A DNA stretch of 61,604 nt, the filler included, from Schmidtea nova (Eukaryota): the NCBI GenBank assembly GCA_044892505.1. It is 4 parts of 2 records of this genome, joined end to end, with 100 filler letters (N's around TTAATTAATTAA, not from the genome) between each part and the next. Parts side by side here need not be neighbours in the genome. Positions count along the whole stretch, not along the records: positions 28,267 to 48,858 come from CM097882.1; 3 more parts are not named here. One strand, 5' to 3'. This document shows, piece by piece, positions 37,101 to 47,949 of the stretch. Both the position numbers and the translations under genes were made by a program. Numbering within the stretch: the first letter of the stretch is position 1; every line of letters starts with the position of its first letter. The notes beneath the pieces were generated by a model, which had not been told where the DNA came from, ran no database searches, and saw only the letters and a program-made list of their open reading frames with translations.

Positions 37101-38443
37101 CATTGTTTTCACCAAATGAAGTGATATAGAAATGACGCTAGTAATTTAGGAAATATTAAGCTGGCTAGTAAACAAGATTAAATAATAATTTAACGCATTA
37201 ACGCCCACGTATTACGCTTAATGCGATGCGTATAGCAGCTAATTACCTTACGTAATTACAAAAATATTAATTGCTTTTAAAATCTCAATATTATGCAGTG
37301 TAAATTCGTGTTAGACTTAAAATCATTTTTGATAATAACGAATTAAAATCCGCAATTATCATTTATCAATTTTTTGATACCATATCAAAAATACGGAATT
37401 TCCCATTGCTACCAGCTTGGCCATTTCTCTTTCATTATCAATTCCTTACACTCCGATAATGAAAGAAGATATTTTCTATAATTCAATTATATGATATATA
37501 CCCCCGTAAACACGCAAAAACAAGAACTTTTATCATGAAATTAGAGATAAAAATTTGATATCCTTTTTAATATCTTTTTTTCTTTCTTTGATATCTTTCC
37601 GTATCATAATTGAAATTTTGAAATATATATATATATATACCTAATTCTGTTTTTACACGAATTGCTTTACACGAATTTAATTTACCACGAATAAAAAAGA
37701 ATTTTTTTTCTCTTTTTAAACGAATTGCTTTGTTTTAACACGATTTTCAATACTTTTTTTCCATTCAGCCAATATCTTTTTTTACACGAATTTTTTATCT
37801 ATCGTGTAAAAGCACGAACTAGTCGATAAAAAATTTAAGCGCGTTGAAGATAATAATGGAGGAAAATTAAGTTGAAATATGGATAATTTTAAAATAACAT
37901 TAACAGTTTTATCTTAAAATTTTTAATTTTTAATTTTTGACTTTGTATTTATGTTTATAATATATTTCTAAAGGAAAATATAATTTTCGATTATTACTAT
38001 ATTCTTTTTTTCCATGCTTTATATAAGGTTGCTTTCTATATATATGTGTGTGCCACAAAATTACAAATCAATTTTTAGTGCTTTTCTCTCAACCGATTCA
38101 CTTCAAATTTTGCACACTTGCTCACTTCCGGTGACAATACATGGATATTGAAAAAAAATTTGAAAACAAATTTTTTTTTAAAAATTTTTTTTGAGGACAC
38201 ACGAAAAATGTAATATAATTTTCCCTTCTACAAAATATAACAAAAAAAAATTTCTCAGCCAAGTGGAGTTCTGCTCGCATAAAGCATGGATTTGAAAAAA
38301 GAATTTTTTTTTGATTTACTAGTTTACATTTAAGAACGCAACTAGATTAAATATGATTCCAGTAAAAAATATTTTTTATTTTTTTTAAAAAAAATTGAAA
38401 ATAAAAAAAACTTAATTTATTGATTTATAAATAACATTAGTAG

Positions 38444-38632
38444 TTAAAAAAGTAAGAGGTAAAGCTTTGTGATACCCACTGCAAACCCAAAAAGTAGACT
38501 AGTTTCGAGCCTTTTGCTCTCATCAGTGAATTGCTCTTTCCGTCTCCTGCATAGCACTGATGAGAGCCAAAAGCCCGAAACTAGTCTACTTTTGGGGTTT
38601 TGCAGTAGCTATCACAAAGCTTTACTTTTTAA
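38444..38632. repeat. Head-to-head palindrome (family 2) with two canonical-core HHR motifs
   Basis: Minus: CTGATGA GAGC aaaag GCTC GAAA CTAG TC (38526-38497). Plus: CTGATGA GAGC caaaa GCCC GAAA CTAG TC (38557-38586). 26-bp spacer; arms continue to AAAGCTTT..TTAA. Confidence 0.88.
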
Positions 38633-39209
38633 TATTTGTTTTAAAACAAACAGTCATCCGACAAATATTTTTCTTCATTATGGATATAAACAAAATCAGC
38701 GTTGTTTCTAAAATCCATTTTAAAAAATAAGTCATTAAAAATACAATCAAATTTTATATTTCAAAAAACGAAGCAAATCAAAATTTTCAATTTGAAAAAT
38801 TAGTTTTTATATTTGTTAAGTATTCTGACATATTTTGATTGTTGGTGTTTTGTTGTTTATTTTGTAAAATCAATAAATTACATATTAATCAAAATTTATT
38901 GGTATTCGGAAAAAAAACTTAATTTTAACTGTAAATTTACAATTTTATCATTTACAGAATAAAGACGGGGTAATTTTCCAATGCATAAAATCAACAAAAA
39001 AGTTATGTCAGTCTGTAGATTTTAATTTAGATTAACACAAAATCAGTCGAATATTTGTTAAGGATTTTCCTTAATTTTGATTTCAATTTTTTTCTCAGTT
39101 TTTTATGTCATAAGTTTAAATCGGTCTATAATTTAATCTGCGACATTTTACATTTCAATTCTAATAACTAGCATGTTGTATGGATAGTTATTTATTGAAT
39201 CACACACAC

Positions 39210-39249
<40 letters not shown>

Positions 39250-39468
39250 CAATTTGAAAGACTGAAAATTAATTGATACATTGATGAGAAATAAATGTAA
39301 AGTCTGTCACAGAATTTAGCGCTTTCTTGAAATCATATTTCAATTGTTAATTTGACCTGTCTATTCTGACTATTTTTAATAATATACTTTCTAAAGAACT
39401 GGATAACAATGAGATAATTTTGAGAGAAAAAAATCAAATGCAGTAAAAAATTGAAATATTATTTCTAG

Positions 39469-39744
39469 AATCAAGGCCATCTCTTTCAAGTGTTGCAAAT
39501 CACGGTCTCAACTATGAATCGGCCACCTCGTGCAATGATATATTTGTTAATAAAGTGTGCAAAAATGAACTCCAGAAACTTAATTGCTCTGCTGATTGTA
39601 TCCTAGATTATAGCAAGCAACTCGATTCGGTATGCTTAAGTTGGATTTTATTTACAGTTTCAGCTATTATCTTCATTCTTTCAGACAACAGATGGAAATG
39701 CTTTTAATTTAACACAAATTTTCGGCACTGCCTTTCTTTAAATA
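39469..39744 (+). CDS. Candidate host-gene exons, unknown product
   Basis: Exon 39469-39629 (ESRPSLSSVANH..DYSKQLDS) with AG/GTATG boundaries, a 55-nt intron, then exon 39685-39744 ending TAG. Confidence 0.33.
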
Positions 39745-40394
39745 GCATTTGAAGAAAGCATTGCTGAAAAAGTGTTAAGTTAAAAACATTTTGATCAATA
39801 ATGTATGAGATCCGAAATTGATATTGAAAATTTATATTTTCTTTGAAACAAAAACTTATTTAATTTTTAAAATTCCACAAGGAAATTTACACAAATTTAT
39901 AAAGATAAAATTCCAGTGAAATAATTTGTAAAATTAGCCGTTTTATTGTAATTTCATTTTTAAAATATTTTTTAAAAATTCTACTTTTCCTAAAGAAATA
40001 TTAAATATTTTCAAAAATTGTTATATTATATGGAAAAATAGAAAAACGGGTTGGGAAACTTATTTCTTCACAGATATATTACTCTTTCGAGTTATATATG
40101 TTGGGTTTTTTGATAAGTTGGTTCAAATCTCTGACTCCTCGTGCTACTTTTACAAAATAAGTCACCCAACACAATAACTTTTGTTTAGTTTCTATACACA
40201 ATTACAATCTCGTTAACACTTGTTAATAAAAATCATCTTCCCTTTCTGGTACACAATTTATTGATTTGTATGAACTCTGTAGTTAACCTTCTGAATAACT
40301 CGCAATACTATCTTCAGTAGTAGGATGTGTCCTCGTTTGGTACAGTACCCTAAGGTTACCTAATAATTGACAATCGACCTCTAGATGGCATAAT

Positions 40395-41785
40395 TATTGA
40401 CCACACTGGCGTAACAATTGACATCAATTACATCATTTTGACCCAATTACATAATTTGACACCATCCTGACCTCAATTATATTATTTTGACATCAATTAC
40501 ATCATTTTGACTTCAATCACATCATTTCGACCTCAATTACATCATTTTGACACCAATTACATCATTTTGTTATCAATTACATCATTTTGACCCCAAATAC
40601 ATCATTTTGACCCCAATCATATCATCCTGACATCATTTTGACATCAATTACATCATTTTGACCCCAAATTACATCATTTATATCATTTTGACCCCAATTA
40701 CATCATTCTGACCTTAATTATATCACTTTGACCCCAATCATAGCATTTTGACATCAATTACATCATTTTGACCCCGATTACTTCATTTTAACCCAATCAC
40801 ATCATACTGACATCAAATACATCATTTAGACCTCAGTTACATAATTTTGACATCAATTACATCATTTTGAACCCAATTTCATCATTTTAACCACAATCAC
40901 ATCATCATGACGTCAATTACATCACTTTAACATAAATTACATCATTTTGACAGCAATTACATCATTTCGACCCCAAATTACATCATTTTGATAACAATTA
41001 CATCATTTTGACATCAATTATATCATTTTTGACAACAATTACATCATTCTGACCTTAATTATATCACTTTGACCACAATCATATCATTTCGACCTCAATT
41101 ACATCATTTTGACACCAATTACATCATTTTGTTATCAATTACATCATTTTGACCCCAAATACATCATTTTGACCCCAATCATATCATCCTGACATCATTT
41201 TGACATCAATTACATCATTTTGACCCCAAATTACATCATTTATATCATTTTGACCCCAATTACATCATTCTGACCTTAATTATATCACTTTGACCCCAAT
41301 CATAGCATTTTGACATCAATTACATCATTTTGACCCCGATTACTTCATTTTAACCCAATCACATCATACTGACATCAAATACATCATTTAGACCTCAGTT
41401 ACATAATTTTGACATCAATTACATCATTTTGAACCCAATTTCATCATTTTAACCACAATCACATCATCATGACGTCAATTACATCACTTTAACATAAATT
41501 ACATCATTTTGACAGCAATTACATCATTTCGACCCCAAATTACATCATTTTGATAACAATTACATCATTTTGACATCAATTATATCATTTTTGACAACAA
41601 TTACATCATTCTGACCTTAATTATATCACTTTGACCACAATCATATCATTTTGACATCAATTACATCATTTAGACCTCAATTACATCATTTTGACCTCAA
41701 TTACATCATTTTGACACCAATTACATCAATTTGACCTCAATTACATCATTTTGACACCAATTACATCATTTTGACCTCAATTATG
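40395..41785. repeat. 20-bp satellite (consensus ACATCATTTTGACMYCAATT, ~70 units) with a 562-bp higher-order duplication
   Basis: Diagnostic variants recur exactly 562 bp apart (GTTATCAATT at 40569/41131; GACGTCAATT at 40909/41471). Confidence 0.95.
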
Positions 41786-41789
41786 TCAA

Positions 41790-42345
41790 ATATGACCACA
41801 GTTACATCACAATTGATTACCATGTATGTAAGCAAGTGTTGTTCAGATATGACTGTAGTTTCTGGCAATATGTGCGTAGATATTATCGGAAAAAGAGTGG
41901 CGGCTGTTCTGTTTGGAACATTAGACAGTAAACATTCGTCAGTTTGTCGACATATACCTACAAACACACACTGTTGAGGTAATACTCGACCAACACAGTT
42001 TTTGCGACGAGTAAACAGCCTTTCGTCGATTTCTACCGTAGTGTTAGGCCCACCTATGACAATGGGATTATTGATCAATGTATTAACGCACACCTCAAAG
42101 CTAGTTGTTCCAGTCTATGACAGATGACTTGATAATTTCAAGCAGTTTCATAGAAACGTATCCTTTGGCCACCAATAAATAAACAAAACTATTTGCCTGT
42201 ACGATAGCCGAGATCCTTGTAAGCATGTCCATTGCCTAACAGGCATATCTTGACGACATGAACTCTGGCGACATCTCCAACGATCCTGTCAATCTGTCAG
42301 CGACTAAGTCATGATATGGTTGTTTGAACAGTGACGCAGGCAATG
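41790..42345 (-). mobile_element. Merlin (IS1016/ISXO2-like) transposase remnant, N-terminal and catalytic part
   Basis: WRCRQSSCRQ Zn-ribbon, then IGGPNTTVEIDERLFTRRKNCVGRVLPQQCVFVGICRQ..VPNRTAATLFPII..ILPETTVISE; homology stops at the satellite. Confidence 0.85.
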
Positions 42346-43658
42346 CACATAAAGCGGATAATTGTAACAAATTCATATTAATATTTTATCATTTATTTTA
42401 TTTATTTATGCAACTTCAGCTAAACAGTATAAAGGTTGTTGAATAATTGAATAATTCAACTGATTAAAAATAATTAGGGTGAATTAACAGACAACTACCA
42501 AACACTAAAAAGGTGACAGAACATTTTCTTTGGCTCCGTATAAATATTTTATTGTAACCTAAAAAACTCGAAAAATTAGAATTCTGAGTAATTCATAAAA
42601 TATTTCTGAATGCCAAAGTTTCGTTAAGCCTTTATAATATAACCATGGAGTCGGGGGGGGGGGCATAGAGCACATGTTGGAAATCACGGAATCAGAATAT
42701 TACATAATCACGTACTTATTTTTGTGAGGCAATTTTCTCTTTTGTGACTAACCTTCATTCGGTCTCGGTATTTATTTAGATGGGAGATAAACTGACACGT
42801 ATTCTCTCTGGCCCATTTTCAATGTAGTGGGCGACAAAATTGAATGCTTCTTCAATAGATTGATTAAAAGTTTTTGATTGTTTAACGGTTTATGTTAAAC
42901 GGATTTTATTAATTTTTTATCTGTAATAAATGTCATCACATGGCCGTTGAAATACATTAGAAAGCAAGTGATCACAAATATTTTCACAATCAACTCTAAT
43001 TTGTTATTGTTATCCCGATAATTGACGTAAAGTAAGTTTTCAATGCAAAATCTTTTATCATTTTTCAGCTCACTTATTTTCTCTTATTTTCTTTTTTAGT
43101 ATATCGATTTGGTTTATTATTGATAAATTGTCTCCGTAAGAAATGAAAATAAAGGAAATTCTGATTTAATAATCTCTGTTAGAATCAAGTTGATAAATTT
43201 TCTTTTGGAAATATTTGTCTAGAAAATTTTATCTCTATTGAAAATTTAAGAAACCAGTCTTATAACAATATTGGAATGTGTAAACAATCTCTAGTTTCAG
43301 TAAATATTTCAACTTTAACTACTAAAACAAATCTAATTGATTTTTTTATTCTAAAAACTTAATTAAAAATGAATAGATTGGTTAGATAAAATTTTATTGT
43401 CATTACGCGCATAACGAGTGTTTTTTCGTTACTTTAAATATCTTACAGCATCATTTGATTATTAAAATACCGACAATCTGTGTTAGTGCTATTCATTTAT
43501 TATTACCATTCCTAACCTGTACAAGTCCTATATGACTTCTTATTAATTCTTTCCGGTCGATGTGCCGAAAGCGCATATTTCTGAATGCATTCTATTGAAT
43601 GATGTATTTAATGCAATTTCTTGTTTATAATGCTTGACGGAATGTTTATAAATCGGAA

Positions 43659-43751
<93 letters not shown>

Positions 43752-43853
43752 TGAATAAATACGTAAACGATTAGTTTTAATAATAATATTTTCTTTATAG
43801 TGTTGTTAATGTAAAGCTTATCCAGTTTAATATTGTGAACATTTAATTTTCAG

Positions 43854-44053
43854 AAGAAACATCAAGAATCTATTTCCAGTACTTCAGAAGATCTGATAGA
43901 ACACGAAGCAAAACTCAATGCCGCTATAAATACTATTCCTCATGATCAGTTGTCTGATGTGAGTTCCATATTAAATGAGTTCGATGGAATATTTATTTTT
44001 CGTAATTCAGGAATTTCCAGAAATTGAGAAAACGGTTGCAAAATGTGATAAAG
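43854..44053 (+). CDS. Candidate host-gene exons, unknown product
   Basis: Exon 43854-43958 (KKHQESISSTSEDLIEHEAKLNAAINTIPHDQLSD, phase 0/0), 52-nt GTGAGT..TTCAG intron, exon 44011-44053 (EFPEIEKTVAKCDK) with a GTATGT donor. Confidence 0.42.
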
Positions 44054-44447
44054 GTATGTGAAAATTGTAATCATTTTTTTGCCCACTAAACTCTAAAATT
44101 CCAATTTTTTCCGCCGGAACCCCAACTAATTAAATTTATTTTAAAACTTTTAGCGAGAGGAATGACATTGATTTTCACATCTAAGATTTCACCAGCGTTC
44201 TCATTTAATATTTGCTTTATTAACAGAAATCGGTGACTTTATGGAATTGGAAAATAACACTTTGATTTAATCAAATTTATTGCGTTCTTCCAAAAACTTT
44301 AGCACAAAAAGTGAGTGCCTTACTATTTATTTGACGAAACATTTTTTTAAAAAAAAGTTTAAACAAAAACTGATAATATCCATTGGCAAAACGATTGTCA
44401 GAGCTCATTATACCGCGGAACAACATTTGTGTATCATTGATCTAAAC

Positions 44448-44769
44448 CAGGACTTCTTAAACTATCGGTCGCGACCCCAAATGGGGTCGCTTAGCAAGAT
44501 CTTGGAGTCGCGAAATTTTAATGTAAAATATTTAAATACTCGAACTTATAAAATCTAGATATTTAATTGTGACATAATCACACTTTTTTATCACTCGCAA
44601 TATTTAATTTTATATTTTTGTATGTTTCTAAACAAATTCTAAAATATGTATGTATATTGTTACGTAATCAATAAATCATCACAGAATATTTATATATATC
44701 TTTCTTTTATATTTATATGGAATCGCCAAAAAACATACAATAATAATAGGGGTCGTTTAAGAAGCCCTG
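44448..44769. mobile_element. hAT MITE with perfect 8-bp TSD
   Basis: TIR CAGGACTTCTTAAAC / CAGGGCTTCTTAAAC; TSD ATCTAAAC at 44440-44447 and 44770-44777; GGGGTCGC subterminal motifs. Confidence 0.93.
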
Positions 44770-45129
44770 ATCTAAACAGCAGATTTACGCTTGAAAATGT
44801 TGAATTAACTGCTCTTTTTGAACGATTGGAAGTTTCGGAATTTCATAATTTATTGTGTATAAACAGCGTATAATGCTAAATTTGAAAATAAATTACTGGA
44901 AAACATCAGCTAGGGCATTAATTAGTCAAATTTTAATATGATATAGGAAAGCTGTCTTTCCTCTGTCTTTTAAATTATCAGAAAAATATTTCATATATTT
45001 CAGTATTGGTTTATTTCTAATTTTAACAAATGATTGTTAGAAGATGAAATTGTTATTAAACAATATTTATTTAAGTAATTCCTAAAACATAACAACCAGT
45101 TTTAATACTATCTATAGTACTTTCAATTG

Positions 45130-46454
45130 GCTCCTATTTATTCGCTATGTATTTTTTATTAAACGCTATGTATTTTTTTCTAAGTAAATATTTATAAAAT
45201 GCTAAGTATTATATTAATTATATAAGTAAAAAATAGAATTCATTAGGTATTTAATTATTTTATTATAGGTAATATTTTTAATTTTTATAAGTAAAAAAAT
45301 ATAAAAACTAAGTAAAACAATGAAAAATTCATAAGAATAAACAAAAAGTGACACAATAAAAAAATCCATAAAAATACAAAGACTATTTCACAAAGACTAT
45401 TATAAAAATATTTGAAATTATTGTTTTAATAAGGCTTTTTTAGCTTTAGTTGGTCTTCCTCTTGGTAGTTTACTTCCAATAGAAGTATTCTTAGCTACTG
45501 CCGGTACTTTGCAATATTTAAGTCTTTATACCTCAGGCTTTATACCTCGTTCATGAAAGATTTCTAACATTCTCTTAGGTTTTATTTTAAGCTTAAACAA
45601 CTCTTTAATTAGTTCTTTAGCTTCGTTAGATATTGCAGATTTAGACATGTTGGAAGTTATGCTCAGCTTCTGCCCTAAAAAGAATAACTTCGTCTGATCT
45701 TGAGTCGTAAAGTAAATGTAATGCAGAATCACTGCTTGCCTTTAAATTTAACTTGATTGCATCGATAGTAAGCTTTTTTACCATCTTCAGTTTTGTTGGA
45801 ATAAGAGTAACTCCATATCTTCTCTTCTTTAATTGCATTTTTTGCTTCTTCAGCACTTTTAAATACTTTTTCATGAGTCCAAACTTTGGACACTTTTTTG
45901 GCTCGTGGTTTCTTTAAACTTGTAACTTCAACATCAAACTCAAGATCAGACTGATAATCTTCAACTTGTGCAAAATTATTAGCCATTATAAGTTCAGTAT
46001 TTGTTTTAATTTTGTTTATAATAAATAAATATTTGGGCTTATAAATATTCAGAAACTTGGATAATAAATTAAATCAGATCACATGAAAAAAAAGACTTAA
46101 ACAAAATGATTAGAGTTCTAAGACTTTACGTAGAAAAACATACTTCATTGAAAGTTTGTAATAATTGTCGAAAAAAAATAAGATCTAAGAACATCTTAGA
46201 AAAAATTAAGATTTATTGATGGATTTTATTAATTGACATATCGTTTTTATTAATTTTACTTATAACTTGACTTGGCATTTATTTATTTTACATAGTTTTT
46301 AATTAATTACTTAGCGAATGTATTAAATATCTAGAATTAATTAATTAACATAGAAGTGTTTTACTCTACTGATACTGTGTATTTATCTACATAGAAAGTG
46401 TTTATAAAATACATAGCGTTTAGTAAAAAATACATAGCGAATAAATAGTTCTCC
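45130..46454 (-). mobile_element. Mutator-like (MULE) internal-deletion derivative
   Basis: 43-bp TIRs with 1 mismatch (45134-45176, 46406-46448); 9-10 bp direct repeat (C)TTTCAATTG at 45120-45129 and 46454-46463; N-terminal YYRCNQVKFKGKQ..LHLLYDSRSDEVILFRAEAEH zinc-finger-like region and C-terminal PRGRPTKAKKALLKQ*; no DDE core. Confidence 0.8.
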
Positions 46455-46489
46455 TTTCAATTGCATCATCTCGAAATGGGAGTATTATT

Positions 46490-46739
46490 AGTTTAAACTA
46501 TATTGTTTGATCGTGCACATCCTTTTTCCAAAAAAAGGTGTAAAGACAATTGATTGCATTTTAAATTTAAAAACAAGAGCGACATATGATCGTTTTTCTT
46601 TTATATCTCGGACAATTTCTCCCTCGACAGTAGTTGTAAAACTGTGTTTCCTCTCTGTCATAATTTTCATTAGATAATCAGTTAAGTTTCCTCCTGATAA
46701 ATCAATTTTAACAATAGCAATAGGTAAAGCATATTCTTC
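46490..46739 (-). pseudogene. act: Actin pseudogene fragment
   Basis: [57 protein letters not shown] matches actin [57 protein letters not shown]. The following [13 protein letters not shown] resembles LFQPSFLGMESCGI after an internal deletion. Confidence 0.9.
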
Positions 46740-47949
46740 GGTAACCCGCTGTTGGTCACGCGACGGCGCAGCGCTCACCCTATCGATTTTTGCCGTTTTT
46801 TTGTATGAAACATATTAAGTAGCGGGTCCCTCTACTTTCCCAGAATGATGTTTTTTTCAATATTACATGCTGGTCTTTCAACAATCATTTCTTCATTTTT
46901 AGATTCAATGGCATCAGTTTGACGATTGCCATTAATTCTAAATATTGACGTTCTTGTGATTTTTGTTGTAGTTTCGGTTTTTTGAAGAATATTTTCTCTT
47001 TGAATCCAAAATATTTGCAAAGAGCCTTCGGAAACACAATATTATCGTGTAATTGTGCAATTACTTTCGGGTTTTGGAGTTTTATAATAATTTCTAATCG
47101 TTTATTACCATTTAAATATTTTCTTTTATCCATCGTAAGGAATAAAATCAATGTAAGTAGATTTATTGGAGAAAAAATAGGAAAAATTAATAACGAAAAA
47201 ACGCTCTCTGTTAAGTACGAATTTATTCTCTATATTCAATTTGTGTACTTAAGCGCAAGATTACTGTACTTGAAGAGGTGGTTTCAAAAAAAAGTAGGTG
47301 CGTTAAACTAAAAGATATTAATTTTATTTTAACACCTCTATTCAATAATTAGTATAACTGAATGTAATAAAATAAGGTTAACCTAAAATTGAAAAAGTTC
47401 TTTTACACATAAATGTAGTGGTTTATCTGGTTTGATGTGATTATTTGTCATTGAAATTTGTTGCATTACATTAACAACTTTTGGTGTTTATACAAAAATG
47501 GATGAATGCTAATAATTCTGAAACATATTCCATGTTTCAGTTTGCTCTAATCTTTTTTCCCTTTTTTGTTTCCCAATTTTAAAACTCAACTGAAAAAGTA
47601 ATTAGTATAAATAAAAGCCATCTCCTATGTTTATCGCTGTTGATGTTGCTGATAAATAGGATGACAATGAGAAAACAAAGTTCTAATTTCAAAAGTGATG
47701 TCTAATTTTTTATTTATTATTTAGTTTTTTATATGAAGACTATTGAACAAACTTTTATAAATTTAAAATTGGCACACGAATTTTGAAATAAATAATTTTT
47801 CAATCAAGTCTTTATATAAAAAATAAATGAAAATTTGTGAAATAGAAACAAAGAGATAAAAGGGTGTTAGTAAAAGATGTTAATGCAGTGTTTCTCAATC
47901 ACTACACCATCACATTGATGAGGATACCTAAATAATAAATAATATTATA

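Noticed and set aside
40110-40150. tRNA gene or tRNA-SINE (GGTTCAAAT B-box-like; CACGAGGAGTCAGAGA shared with ~18670)
   Set aside because: No A box or cloverleaf; at most an unidentified dispersed repeat.
46490-46739. Pack-MULE capture of actin
   Set aside because: The actin fragment lies outside the MULE TIR and TSD (element ends at ~46454).
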